Below, one piece after another: positions 16,286-40,510 of a stretch of DNA of 64,000 nucleotides. Below the pieces are notes generated by a model, which saw only the letters and a program-made list of their open reading frames with translations, was not told the origin of the DNA and made no database searches. Location of the stretch: NCBI RefSeq assembly GCF_009914755.1, contig NC_060925.1; one strand, written 5' to 3'. The DNA is from the human T2T-CHM13v2.0 reference genome, Homo sapiens. How positions within the stretch are numbered: position 1 is the first letter of the stretch; every line of letters begins with the position of its first letter. The translations under genes were made by a program, and so were the position numbers.

Positions 16286-17203
16286 CTTTGGCATAAAAAA
16301 ATAATTAAATTAAAAATAAAAATTCCATTACTTCGGCATTTTCTTATTTTGTAATCCACATCACTTACAAGTTGAGACATTTCAAGTAGGTTATATGCTG
16401 CGTTAAATTTTCACTTTGAATGAAGGGGCTCTCCCTTGGAAATCGAGCATTCTGGCTACATCCATCCCCTGTTCAAAATCCTCTTAGGGCATCTTCCTGC
16501 TTTAATTCCCACTTACTGGTAGAACGGTGATATGGCACATGTTTTATATTCACTATTCATTTGCAGTTTTCCCAGAGCCACAGATCCTTTATCTGGAGAT
16601 ACTATTAATTAGAAGAATTACTTTATTCATGGAAAAGCCTGCACCCTTCTCCTTTGGAGGCTGAGTAGAGTGGACCTTTGTGCCTTTTCTGGCTACCCCA
16701 CACCAGAACACCGTTCTTCTTTTGGAGGAATCTCTCTCACACCCTGTATCATGTAAGATTTGGAGGGAGGCAGAGCCCCATCTCTAACTAAGGAAGCTGA
16801 AGGTCCCGATTCTCCCTTGCACCCCTCTGGACAGTCCATGATGCAGGCTGATGACCTAGGCTTGGCTGATGATCACTAGGCTTGGCTAGTCAGCGTTGCA
16901 GCCCAGAATTCTAAATCTTGAGACAGAGAAGCAAAGTCAGAGAGTCAGTTTGGTAATGACCACAGTAGTGGCAGCATCAGCAGCCCAGAGCAGCCTCAGA
17001 GAGCCTGACAGACACAGAGCCAGCAGCAGCATCCTGACAAGATTGGAGCTGCAACCAACCACAGTTGTGTTCCCTGAAGCTCTCCCTCCTTTGAGTTCCA
17101 GCCCATTTTCCAAGCCTAGGATGCCATGCCAGCCTTCCCACTTTCCATTGATTCTAGAATAGTTCTGAGATTCTAAAATAAATTCCTTTCTCCTTCAGTG
17201 AAT

Positions 17204-17268
<65 letters not shown>
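17204..17268. repeat. Compound (TG)n(AG)n microsatellite
   Basis: Direct read. Confidence 0.95.
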
Positions 17269-17271
<3 letters not shown>

Positions 17272-17410
17272 AAAATTCTTGACCACAAGAAAAAATAATC
17301 TCAGAGGAACCCCATATTGACAATATTTCCAGTCAAAATTTTATGAAAAACTAGACAAAAGTATGAAGCAATTGTACTTTGTTATACATCTTAATCTTCT
17401 GCCAAAGTGA

Positions 17411-17718
<308 letters not shown>

Positions 17719-17765
17719 AATATCATAATTTTATTCTTATCTCTTATTTTAGAAAAAGAAGAAAT

Positions 17766-18766
<1,001 letters not shown>

Positions 18767-19019
18767 TTGTATAAACAAACCTATGGATGCACAAAAGGTT
18801 GCAGATGCTCAAATGACATTGCTAAGTCAATCTTTTTGTGCTGCTGACACCATTGGCAGGGAGAACAGCTTTAAAAAAAAAGAAAATCAAAGAATTTGAA
18901 ACTTCAGTTACTGCCCCAAGACTTCTCTGTATAATGCACACGCCTTCTCTCCTTAACCAGGCAGCCCTTCTTCTTCTAGTATAGAGCATGTGCTAGGTAA
19001 GGTCCTACCATACCAGGGT

Positions 19020-19875
<856 letters not shown>

Positions 19876-20532
19876 TGTAGGGGATACATGGCAACATATT
19901 CAAGCTTCTATACAAGGCATTTGAGGTCGAGGTATGGCAAAATACTGAAGCACTGTGTGCATGTTTTTTGGGCATGAGACTGAAATTCCTTGACCCTGAA
20001 AACAGAGCAAGGAACAGAATGTGTGATAAGGAGCTGTGTGATAAGGAGTTGTGTGATAAGGAGCGCTGAAAACAGCCTCCTGAGAATGTGGTCTGAGTGA
20101 TTTTAGATGTAATAAACAAGGCCGTATGTGCCTCATGACCCAACTGCAAATTGTTACCTAGTGGATGTCTCTTGGTTGTCTAAATTGTAATTCTTGTACA
20201 ATTACAATTTAGATTACAATTACAATTACAATTAGAACTACAATTTAGAGAGGGCTTGTTGCCCTCTTAATAAATACTTGGCAGACAGATCTTAGAGTGG
20301 CACTCTCTCAGAAGAGCTACTCCCTGCCCTGCTCAGCTGGAATTCTCTGAGTACTTCATTCTTGGCGTTCGCTGTAGCTACAAGCTGCAAGTGGTGACCC
20401 TGACATAACTGCGTTGAAATTACACGTGGAGTATGAAAACTCATCAAACTTCAGGGAATACCAGTAAGGGACAGTCCCAACCCATTTCAGGAAGATGGGA
20501 CCAACGCATATAATACCAGGGATTGGGCTATC

Positions 20533-22180
20533 ATGGGTCAGGAATTGACCAAAGAGCAGAAAGTATTTTTTAAAATGGTGCAACAATTACTTAAGGCTAT
20601 CCACTGCACCTTAGAGTCTGAAGATTTGCATCAGCTTATGCTTTTTATTCAGCAGGAATGCTCTTGGTTCCCTGATCAAGGAACATTAGACTTAGAGTTA
20701 TGGGAGGAGGTGGATCACTGCCTGAAAACAGGATTTAGGCAGGGCCATTTTACTAAGGTTATCATTTTGACCACCTGGGCCCTGGTACGCTCTGCATTGT
20801 ACCCTCTTTATATGCCAGATTGCGGTGAGTCAGACTGCCCATTAGCTCCACCTGAAGGGAATTCAGGAGATTTAAAGAAAAACAGGAACCAGAACAACAG
20901 GGAGGGGCTCCTCTCCCTACTTCATTCCCTTCCGTAGGGCATAAGGAGGACACTTTCTAGTGATGATGAGGACAGACCGGAGCTTTTTCCTCCCCCAATA
21001 GAAAAGCCATTGTCCTCCTTTCCTCCACCCCTAAAAAAATCCACATCTATTGGCCCTGTTCAGGCTACAGTGCCTCCCATCCCCCTGGAGGAGATTGGAG
21101 GCCACCCAAGGGATGGACGGTTCTTGGATAAGACCCCCTGTCAGTGAACATCTATATTGTCACGCACGTCCGTGTGAAGAGACCACCAAACAGGCTTATG
21201 TGAGCAATAAAGCTTTTTAATCACCTGGGTGCAGGCGGGCTGAGTCTGAAAAGAGAGTCAGCAAAAGGTGGTGGGATTATCATTAGTTCTTATAGGTTTG
21301 GGATAGGCGTACAAAGTACATTCCCAAGGGCGGGGAGAATATTACAAAGTACCTTCCTAAGGGCAGGGGAGAATATATCACATCAGTTAGGGTGGGGCAG
21401 GAACAAATCACAATGGTGGAATGCCATCAGTTTAGCCTATTTTCACTTCTTTTGTGGATCTTCAGTTGCTTCAGGCCATCTGGATGTATACGTGCAGGTC
21501 ACAGGGGATATGTTGGCTTAGCTTGGGCTCAGAGGCCTGACATATATGATCAGGTGAACGCGTTCTCAGTGACGACTCCTCATCAAACTTCCCTAGTAGA
21601 GGGGTGCCTCCAGGAGGGACTTAAAAAGGGAGACTCTTAGGCACTTTTTGGCGCATTCCCTGTCATTGTTCAAAATGATAGGAGACGGCATGAGAGTTTG
21701 CCTTTTACTGTTTTTAAAGAGATAAAGAAAAGTATCTGTGAAAATGGTGTACATTCACCCTTTACCCAGGGGATGATTGAGGCTCTGGGAAATGGCTATA
21801 AGATGACTCCGCATGATTGGAAAACTTTAGTAAAAGTTTTGGTTTCAGCTGCAGAATATACTGTGCGGTGGAGTGAGTACAGTGATCTATCCATGCAGCA
21901 GCCCTTGCAAAATTTGGATAATAATATCCCAACACAGCTTGATATGCTATTGGGACCAGGTCCTTTTGCTTGAGCTCAGGCTCAAGCTCAAATAAACAGC
22001 CATCTATTTCCACAATGCTTGCAGCTAGCAATACAGGCATAGAAGAGGATACCCACGGGACAATCCCAGGGTTCCTTTATAACAGTTAAACAGAGCGCCA
22101 CAGAAACATTCCTTTATAACAGTTAAACAGAGTGCCACAGAAACATACGTTGAATTTATCAACTGATTGCAAGCTGCACA
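20533..22180 (+). pseudogene. gag remnant (matrix to capsid major homology region)
   Basis: MGQEL start, WFPDQGTLDLELW (beta-type MA), GVHSPFT and MTPHDWKTL (CA), MHR-like VKQSATETYVEFIN. Stops, a 37-bp tandem duplication (22072-22145) and an LTR7 insertion disrupt it. Confidence 0.85.
21158..21542 (-). mobile_element. Solo LTR7 (HERV-H)
   Basis: Reverse complement starts TGTCAGGCCTCTGAGCCCAAGCTAAGCC. TSD TATAT. Confidence 0.92.
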
Positions 22181-23045
22181 TAGTGACCAACATCACATCA
22201 GCAGAGCTATAAAAAAACTCTGCTATTCAAATCCACTGCACACGGAATAAATCAGAAGATAAAATAAAAGTCTGTCAAAATTCATACAACTTGTGAGTGA
22301 GTTCTAAAAAGCTTAGTTTAGAAGGGCTAGAGAAAGAAAAACTTCAATGGGGCCCAAATCAGAATGCTTGTAATGAAACCCAGTCTCCAGGAAAACAACA
22401 CTCACATGTGTTCAATCATATAAAATGATTTGTAACATCTCTAATTAGGTGAATCAACTAGAAACAAACTCACTAGTCAAAATAAATTTTTAAAGTATCT
22501 TGTAACCTGTATTTTACTTTTCTGAGTATATTAAGGGGCTGCCAGCCCAGAGATATACTTAAGATATAGGCAAAAAATCCCCAGGCCTTTACACAAAAGA
22601 TTTCCACTTTCAAACCAATGTCAGTGGACATTGATAAAAGTATAGCAGCATCCTCTACTAAGGTGATTTCATTTATTCCCTGCAACCCACTAATAAATAT
22701 CCCACTTCTCCCAAACAGTATTTAAGCTCCTAGCTAAGCAAAAAACTATTGTCTATTAGCATTCAACTGAAGAAAAGAAAGATAAAATATTGTCTTGTTT
22801 CCATCACTGTATTACTTGGGCAACATAATTACATAATTCTTACCCTAAGAGAAAGCCTTCATATTTTTTTAAAAGTCTTTTCAAATAAAATCTTCTTATG
22901 TTTTAAACAATATAAAATACAAACTTTCACTTTATTTATTGTAAATTATAAAGAGATCATTGTCTTAATATATTGTTAGCTTCAAGCTTCCTAAAATATA
23001 AAAACATTGTTGTCTAAAGTCACATATTAACACTAAGCTCCGTGG

Positions 23046-23620
23046 TTTACAGAATCTCCTACATTTTTGCAAGCTCAAGCTGATCATTCCTTTTTTTATC
23101 AGAACAACCACAGTCTTAAACAACAGTTTTATTTGGCGCTCACTCAAGCTCGCATGATTATTAAAACCTGTCCTGACTGCCAATGGCATTCGCTCTCCCC
23201 TTTTTCGTTAGGACTTGGTGCCAACCCACGAGGTCTGGTGCCTAATGCTATCTGGCAAACTGATATTACTCAGCATCCACCCTTTAGATGCTTCAAATTT
23301 CTCCACGTTACTGTAGACACTTATACAGGCCTGAAATATGCTACTCCTCAGACTACAGAAAAAACTAAAGATGCAATTGCTCATCTTTTTAAATCTATTA
23401 TGACTTTAGGCCTTCCACAAATTACAAAAACTGATAATAGACATTGCTGTCTTAGTGCTCGATTTACATATGCATTTACAACTGTGGCACATACAACACA
23501 AGACTGGCATTCCTTATAACTCAACCAGTCAGGCCAATGTTGAGCGAGCTCATCAAACTCTTAAAGTATATCTTAACAAACAAAAAAGGGGGAATATTGG
23601 GCTTTCTCCTCGAGAACAGG
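23046..23620 (+). pseudogene. Integrase remnant
   Basis: Zinc-finger region (CPDCQ), NPRGLVPNAIWQTDIT, HVTVDTY, KTDN and VERAHQTLK. Frameshifted, C-terminus missing. Confidence 0.88.
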
Positions 23621-24947
23621 TAGGAGACAACTGAACCCCTCCTGATGATGAAAGACCTGTCGTTGGAGAATCGACCAGCAATGATAGCGATGACTCGGAA
23701 GGCATCTGACATTACCTGAGGGCAGCTAAAGAAATTGGATCGACAGGCAACTATCCAGCTTGTTGCCATGGGAGCCCCTGCAATTGCAGAGAATTGGTTT
23801 CTTATGTATCTGGCAGTAATTGGGGGAGCTTTTGAGAAAGTAAGACAGACATGGATGCTGGGGTGGCTGGTGATTCTCATCCTTTGCCAAGTGGGATCAG
23901 CTCAAGAACATGTTTACTGGAATCATATTCTGAATCCCACTGTTGGAAATGTTATTATGTGGTGGGATGCTGACCCGCCTTTGTCATCTAATGATACTTC
24001 TTGGATGGGAGGTCGATGGATGCCCCTGTCTTACCCCTTAACTGAAAATTTGGGATGGATTAAACTCAATGACTCCTTGACTTTATTGTCTAGCAACCCC
24101 CTTCTTTGTTTTTCTACAATAGCCCATGATAAGCACATTACTCTTATTCCTCTGGAGTATCTTTACTGTAACCTCAAAAGGGATGCCAAGCCCGCAAACT
24201 TGACCTTTATTTCTGCTGTTACCATTAATCTCACTAAGGTCTCTAATGAAGCTACACAAGTGCCTAGTCTTCTTATATGCTGTCTGAGAAGGGACTGGCA
24301 ATGTAAGTTTGAGGCTGTCCAGTGTGAACCCCATGCAGACAACCTGCGCCACGACAAGGGCCTCTGCTTAATAATGGCACCTTACTTGATTGGGGTCCCC
24401 ATGCTAATCTTATGTCTGCAAATCAGACTATTGGATTTGGGAGTCCTCCAATAGTTCCATCACCTGGTCAGAGTATGGGCTTTCAGGACCAATATTACAA
24501 CTAAAAGGGAAGCAAGCTTTAAGCCCTGCTCATACCCAAATTTGGAGACTAGGTCTTCCCTTTTTTGAATGCATTGTTTTGTATGGTGATTACATTTACA
24601 GCAGTGGCAACTATACCCTCTCCTTGCACAATAATGTTACTGATACAGTCCTGATTTGTACTACACACCCCTAGATAATTTTGTCTGGGCAGGGTATTCC
24701 TAACATAGAACAGAATCAATCCTTATATAGTATTACTTTCTCTTCCAGTAGTTGGTACGCTACATGCTTGTCTCATCAAAATGTTACATAGTTAAATATA
24801 ACCTATGGCATGATCCTAAAATGGCATGTAGAATTGTGGCTCCCTGTAAATTTAACCCTACGGTTATTTAGAAAAGCACTATCTCATACTCAAAAAAAAG
24901 ATTTTTGGCCACTTTAATTGCCTTTTTTGTCTCAGCTATTATTATAC

Positions 24948-25581
24948 TGTGTCCGGAACTGTTTCCTTCTGGTGGGTTCTTGGTCTCGCTGACTTCAGGA
25001 GTGAAGCCACAGACCCTCGTAGTGAGTGCTACAGTTCTTAAAGATGGTGTGTCCAGAGTTTATCCCTTCAGATGTTCAGATGTGTTCGGAGTTTCTTCCT
25101 TCCGTTGGGTTCGTGGTCTGGCTAACTTCAGGAGTGAAGCTGCAGACCTTCACAGTGAGTGTTACAGCTCTTAAAGGTGGCACATCGAGTTGTCTGTTCC
25201 TCCCGGTGGGTTCGTGGTCTCACTGACCTCAGGAGTGAAGCTGCAGACCCTCGTGGTGAGTGTTACAGCTAATAAAGATAGTGTGGACCCAAAGAGTGAG
25301 CAGCAGCAATATGTATTGTGAAGAGGGAAAGAACACTTCCACACAGTGGAACAGGACCCAATGGGGTTGCGGCTGCTGGCTCTAGTGGCCAGCGTTTATT
25401 CCCTTATTTGGCCCCACCCACCTCCTGCTGATTGGTCCATTTTACAGAGTGCTGATTGGTACATTTACAAACCTTTAGCTAGACACAGAGCACTGATTGG
25501 TGTGTTTACAATCCTTTATCTAGACAGAAAAGTTCTCCAAGTCCCAACAGGACCCAGAAGCCCAGCTGGCTTCACTTCTCA
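24948..25581 (-). mobile_element. Solo LTR12 (ERV9)
   Basis: Repeated CTGATTGG (CCAAT) units and GGAGTGAAGCTGCAGACC repeats. TSD ATAC. Sits in the env fusion peptide. Confidence 0.92.
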
Positions 25582-25967
25582 ATACTAGCAACTGCCGCTA
25601 CTACAGCTGTTTCTCTGACACAATCTATTCACACAGCCTTGGTAGCAAACCACATGGTATACAAAGTAACCCATGGATTTCAAGAACAAGTAAATATTGA
25701 TAAAACTATTTTGTCTCACCTGGAGGCTCTTAAAGCCGCTGTTGAATGGCTGGGGGATCAGCAGCAAGTATTCATTACTTGTCAAAATTTACATTGTGAT
25801 TGGCAATATAATTCTATCTGTGTCACACCTCTGCCATATAATAGCTCCCAATATACTTGGGAGAGAGTGAAGGCGCACCTACAAGGGGCTTATCAGGACC
25901 ACTTATCCTCTCAAATTTCTACTCTTGAGTGCGAGTTAAAGAAACAACTTAAAGAATGATCACAGCA

Positions 25968-26382
<415 letters not shown>

Positions 26383-26988
26383 CTATACCTATTCTTTTTT
26401 GTATCTGTTTGCTAGGCATCTGCAAATGGCTCTGTGCTGCCCCCCGCCCACGCATCTATGATCAGGAAAGAACGATAGAAGCTTACCTTGCATTAGATAA
26501 CCAGCATGCTCTAAGAATTAAAGAAGGGGGAGATGTGGGGGGTGCACAGCAACATATTCAAGCTTATGTGCAAGGCATTTGAGGTCGAGGCATGGGAAAA
26601 TACTGAGGCACTGTGTGTATGTTGTTTGCGCATGAGACTGAAATTCCTTGACCCTGAAAACAGGGCAAGGAACGGAATGTGTGATAAGGAACTGTGTAAT
26701 AAGGAGTTGTGTGATAAGGAGGGCTGAGAACAGCCTCCTAAGAATGTGGTCTGAGTGCTTTTAGATGTAACAAATAAGGCTATATGTGCCTCGTGACCAG
26801 ACCGCAAATCGTTACCTAGCCAATGTCTCGTTTGTCTAAATTGTAGTTTAAGAAGCCCTCTCAATAAATACTTGGCTTACCCATCTTAAAGCAGCACTCT
26901 CTCAGAAGAGCTGCTACTTGTCCCGCTCAGCTGGAATTGTCTGAATACTTCATTCTCGGTGTTCGCTGCAGCTACAAGCTGCAGACCT

Positions 26989-27485
26989 TGTTTCTTATTC
27001 TGCTCTTAACAAATTACCACAAACGTGGTGTCTTAGAACACAAATTTGTTGTTTTAAAGTTCTAGAAGTCAGAAATTCAAAATGAGCTTTATGGAGCTGA
27101 GAGGTGTTGGCAGAGCTGTTTCTTCTCAGGGCTCAGGGAAGAATGTTTTCTTTTCCAGATTCAAACACCACCCACACTCCTTAGCTCATGGCTCCTTCCT
27201 CTATCTTCAAAACACATCACTCTAACCTCTGCTCTGATCATCGCATTTCCTTTTCTGTACCCTCTGCCTGCCTTCTGTACCCTTGTTTGACCCTTTGCCT
27301 GCCTTTAAAGGACTCATGTGATTACATTGAGCCCACCTGGATAATCCAGGACACTCCTCTTATCTCAAAATCCTTAACTTAATCACATCTGCAAAGTCCC
27401 TTTTGCCATCTAAGATAACATATCCACAGGTTTCAGAAATTAGAATGTGGACATCTTTGGGGGGCCATTATTCTGCCTTCCATAC
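26989..27485 (-). mobile_element. MLT1-family MaLR LTR
   Basis: TAACAAATTACCACAAAC and TAATCACATCTGCAAAGTCCCTTTTGCCA motifs. Confidence 0.75.
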
Positions 27486-27893
27486 CCTTTACTGTAGATT
27501 TGAACATTTTCAAAATAAAGAGTAAGGAAAATGTCTAGAAAATTAGAGCAATCAAAATAAATGTAGGCCTGTAACTCTTTGTGAAGCTTTGCGAAGGCCC
27601 TTCTTAGGAGCTAACCTTGGAGTCCAGGAAGCCTCGCAGGGGAACCAAGGCTAAACAGAGGTTCACAGAGGACTCCTGAAACCAGGAATACATCCTCCAG
27701 TCATGCAGTCCAGCATGGTTAATGAAAGAAAAAGCACAACTCTTCCTTCAAAAGCCCACTGCTGAGCCAGGTATGGTGGCTCAGAACTGTAATCCCAGCT
27801 ACTCTGAAGGCTGAGGTGGGAAGATTGCTTGAGCCCATGAGTTTGAGTCAACCTGGGCAAAATAGCAAGACCCCATCTCAATTTTTTTAATAA

Positions 27894-29186
<1,293 letters not shown>

Positions 29187-30072
29187 TGAATTAAATTTTT
29201 TAAAGTTTAATTGAGCAATGAACAGTTCCCGAAACTGGCAGCCTCCCAAGCCAGAGTAGGTTCAGAGACTCCAGCGCAGCTACGTGGTGGAAGATTTACT
29301 GATGGAAAAGGAAAGTGACATACAGAAAATGGAATTGAGGTACAGAAACAGCTGCATTGGTTATAGCTTGGCGTTTGCCTTATTTGAACACAGTTTGAAC
29401 ATTTAGCCACATTTGATGGTCAAAATTTGGTGACTGGCACAAGAGTAGACCACAGTTTGTTCACATTTCCACTTAGGCTATAGTTCATGATGAAACCTTT
29501 AAGCCGAACTGAAAATATGTAACGAAGCCGCTTTAGGCTAAACTTGATTTAACAAATTCCCCCTTTTGGTCATCCTCTCAATTTTGAGAGATTTACTGAA
29601 ACTTTAGTCATTGATGTCACAATCACCGTCATAAAAGTACTTATTTGGTCTTGAAACCCACTGGGAAATGGTAGAACAGTGGGTTTTTGCAAGGTGAGAA
29701 CAAGGACTTTGGGTTGTTTTTTTAAGGGTAGAGGGTACTTCCTTATGCTGGGACGTCCTGTTTACAGGAGAAAAAACAAAACCTGGTCTGTTCTAGGATC
29801 TATGTGCTTCCTTAAAATCTTAATTTGATTATGTCACATTTAGAACAAGTGACTCCATTTTGGTTTGGTCTGGTCTGTTTGGGCCTAGTGCATGAGCTCA
29901 GTCCAAAACAATGGCCTTCCATAATTTGGTTTACAAATTTCCCCATTTGGTCCTCACTTAGGTGAGATGGTGACCAAAACTTAGTGTAACTCTCAGTTGC
30001 CATCATTTTGGATTCCAGTATCAGCATGTCATTCACAGGTTACAGTGCCCTCATGGTCACACATTTCTTTTC

Positions 30073-34222
<4,150 letters not shown>

Positions 34223-34245
34223 TTACTCAAGAGAAAAGCCAAGTT

Positions 34246-34740
34246 TCTTTTCTTTCTTTAATTTTTTATTTTAAATTCTGGGATACATGTGTTGAACATG
34301 CAGATTTGTTACATAGGTATACATGTGCATTGGTGGTTTGCTTCACCTATCAACCCGTCATCTAGGTTTTAAGCCATGCATGCATTAGGTATTTGTCCTA
34401 ATGTTCTCCCTCCCCTTTTTCCCCACCCACCAACAGACCCAGTGTGTGATGTTCCCCTCTCTGTGTCCATGTGTTCTCATTGTTCAGCTCCCACTTATGA
34501 GTAAGAACATGCAGTGTTTTGTTTTCTGTTCCTCTGTTAGTTTGCTGAGGATGATGGTTTCCAGCTTCATCCATGTCCCTGCAAAAGATACAAGCTCATT
34601 CTTTTTTATGGCTGCATAGTATTCCATGGTGTATATGTGCCACATTTTCTTTATCCAGTCTATCATTGATGGGCATTTGGGTTAGTTCTAAGTCTTTGCT
34701 ATTGTAAACAGTGCTGCAATAAACATAAGTGTGCATGTGT
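34246..34740 (-). mobile_element. 5'-truncated L1PA 3' end
   Basis: [21 protein letters not shown] peptide. TSD-like GAGAAA(A)GCCAA(G/A)TTTC. Confidence 0.88.
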
Positions 34741-35593
34741 GAGAAAGCCAAATTTCACCCTTGCATTTGTGTACTATTAATGTCAACATCAATTTTTAAT
34801 AAAACCTTATAGGCAAATCTATCTAATCCTAATCAGTTTCACCATAAGGTAAGAGTCTCATAAGCCTCTTAAAACCCTTTACAAATTTTTGTTAAAGAGC
34901 AGATCAGTTCTCTAAGAAAACCCTGTTGTGCTTATTCCAATGTTCAATTTATGGAAAAATCAAATAATACCCCTTTAAATTTAGCTGATATGTTCCCACA
35001 CAGAATTTCTTTTACAATATTAATGTTCTATAAACCTTCCACAACTTGCTCAAACTTTCAGCCTTATCCTATCTAACTTAAAACAATCCTTTAATCCTTT
35101 AATTTAGGCACAAACAAAAACCCACATTCCCTTGCCTTCTTATAATCTTTTGCCAAAATCACATTTTGCTTTCCTCACACACCTTGCATTTAAAACTGTT
35201 TTTTCAGTAGTCTCAATTACATGGTACAATGTTAACTCTTAGCAATTTTTATTTTTGATGAAAAACCTGGTAAGTGATTTTAATTATGTACTAGGTGTGG
35301 AGCCTAGGACACCAGAAAGAAATGCAGATAAAGTCTGATTTATTCCAGCATAGCCAGGAGGCATGGCTAACTCCACATGTCCCCAGGGCTTACCTAGAAT
35401 GTAATGGCTCCAAAACAAATAAGTTGAACAATTTTCAAAAGACAAAGCAGTTTATTACCTTAAAGCATTTAGCAAACCTAATATCTGACGTGCCTAATTT
35501 AGACCAAATAGCTTCATTTTACCAATAATCTTTAAAACTCTTCATTTCTCAAAGTCACATTAACTAAAAGGCATTAATTACAGTTTTTATTTT

Positions 35594-38478
<2,885 letters not shown>

Positions 38479-39027
38479 ATTTTTCTGAAAAAATATTTGA
38501 TTTAAATGCTTATTATTATTAAGCCAATTAATCAGAACTTTTTCATATAAACATCACACACAACACATAAATATATAGACAGAAGAAGATCCAGTAGTTG
38601 TAAGATTTTTCATTTGCCAGTTTTTAAGATTCTTAATTGGATTACTGGATTCAGGGTGGAGTCCTTTGAGGAACAGGGCTAGGAAAACATGCAGTTTCTA
38701 GGGCCTAATAAGCAGGCACAGCTGGAAAGCAAACAGATCTCCAAAAATTCAGGGTCCCATTTTTATACTGGATTCTGGATCCCCAAAAGAGAAATGCTGT
38801 GGAACAAGACAGTGCAATGATTTTACCGTACATTTCATTGCAAAGCAACCCAAACTCAATCAACCCAGTTTTGATCAGTCCATCCTCCATGGGAATCTTA
38901 TCTCTCAGTGGGCAGGTAGGAGGACACCCAGCTAGGTGTGGAGCCTAGGACACCAAGCTCCTAGGCTAGTGTATCTTGATATACTAGGATATCCAAAAGT
39001 ACATTTAGCCTTAGATTTTGAGAAGAA

Positions 39028-39386
39028 TGGTATGCTTTGGCTGTGTCCCCACCCAAATATCATCTTGAATTCCCACATGTTGTGGGAGGGACCTGGTGGG
39101 AGGTAATTGAATCATGGGGACAGGTCTTTCCCATGCTGTTCTCATGATAGTGAATAAGTCTCATGAGATCTGATGGTTTGATAAGGGGAAAGCTGTTTTG
39201 CTTGGCTCTCATTCTGTCTTTGCCTGCTGCCATCCACACAAGATGTGACTTGTTTCTCCTTGCCTTCCACCGTGATTGTGAGGCCTCCCCAGCCATGTGG
39301 AACTGTAAGTCCAAAAACCTCTTTCTTTTGTAAATTGCCCAGTCTCAGTTATGTCTTTATCAGCAGCATGAAAATGGACAAATACA
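39028..39386 (+). mobile_element. THE1 solo LTR
   Basis: TGGCTGTGTCCCCACCCAAAT...AAATACA. Confidence 0.88.
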
Positions 39387-39509
39387 AGGGATTTATCTAC
39401 TCTCAGTTCCTGGGGTTTCATGAGGAAAAAAGGTTTTTCCCAAAATGGGGTCTGTGGCACTTCTTCTGATTTTCCCAAGGAGTCTGGGCTGTTAGAAATT
39501 ATCTTAGGT

Positions 39510-40125
39510 ATTCACATCTGTAATCCCAGCACTTTGGGAGGCTGAGGTGGGCAGATCACAAAGCCAGGAGTTCAAGTTCAATGTGGCCAACATGGTGAAA
39601 CCCCTTTCTCTACTAAAAATACAAAAATTAGCTGGGTGTGGTGGTGCGTGCCTATAGTCCCAGCTACTCAGGGGGCTGAGGCACGAGAATCACTTGAACC
39701 CAGGTGGCAAAGGTTGTAGTGAACTGAGATTGTGCCACTGCACTCCAGCCTGGGCGACAGAGTGAGACTCCATCTCAAAAAAAACAAAAAAAAAAGAAAA
39801 AAGTAATTATCTTAAGTCTGGCCAGACATAGTGGTACATGCCTGTAATCCCAGCACTTTGACAGACTGAGGCAGGTGGATCACCTGAGGTCAGGAGTTCA
39901 AGACCAGCCTTACCAACATAGTGAAACCCCATCTCTACTAAATACAAAAATTAGCCAGGCACGGTAGCGCATGCATGTAATCCCAGCTACTTGGGAGGCT
40001 GAGGCATAAGAATCACTTGAACCTCAGAGGCGGAGGTGGCAGTGAGCCAAGATCATGCCATTGCACTCTAGCCTGGGCAACAAGAGTGAAACTGCTTCTC
40101 ACAAAAAAAAAAAAAAAAAAAAAGA
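39510..40125 (+). mobile_element. Two tandem AluS
   Basis: Alu consensus; AATTATCTTA recurs at the junctions. Confidence 0.9.
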
Positions 40126-40510
40126 AATTATCTTAGGTCCTCTCGTGTGTGCATCAAGAGTGGCAAGAAGACAAAATGAAGAAAATCAATTCAGTTGACT
40201 GAAAAGATAAAAATATTTTTTTCCTAGAAAAACAAGACCCAGAAAGAGAAAAAAAAAAAAACATAAAGGTCTTGTCAATATACCTATAGCTTGAATATCT
40301 GCTTTTAATTAAGTTGACTTTGAACCAAATATCTTATTACAAGACTCTAGCCAAAACAAGCAGCAAATATTTCTTACCTTTGAACTTTACCAAAGGCAAC
40401 CTCCCAAGTGCTCAGAGAAAGGAAAATTCAAGACAGGAAGTCAGAAGTTGTTCATGGAGGGAAAGAGAATCAATAAATGGCAAAAGTCACACAGATATCA
40501 AACCAGAAAG

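Noticed and set aside
23735-24454. 239-aa env ORF as a domesticated envelope
   Set aside because: Non-ATG start after an in-frame stop, later frameshifts, and LTR12 plus AluY insertions in TM.
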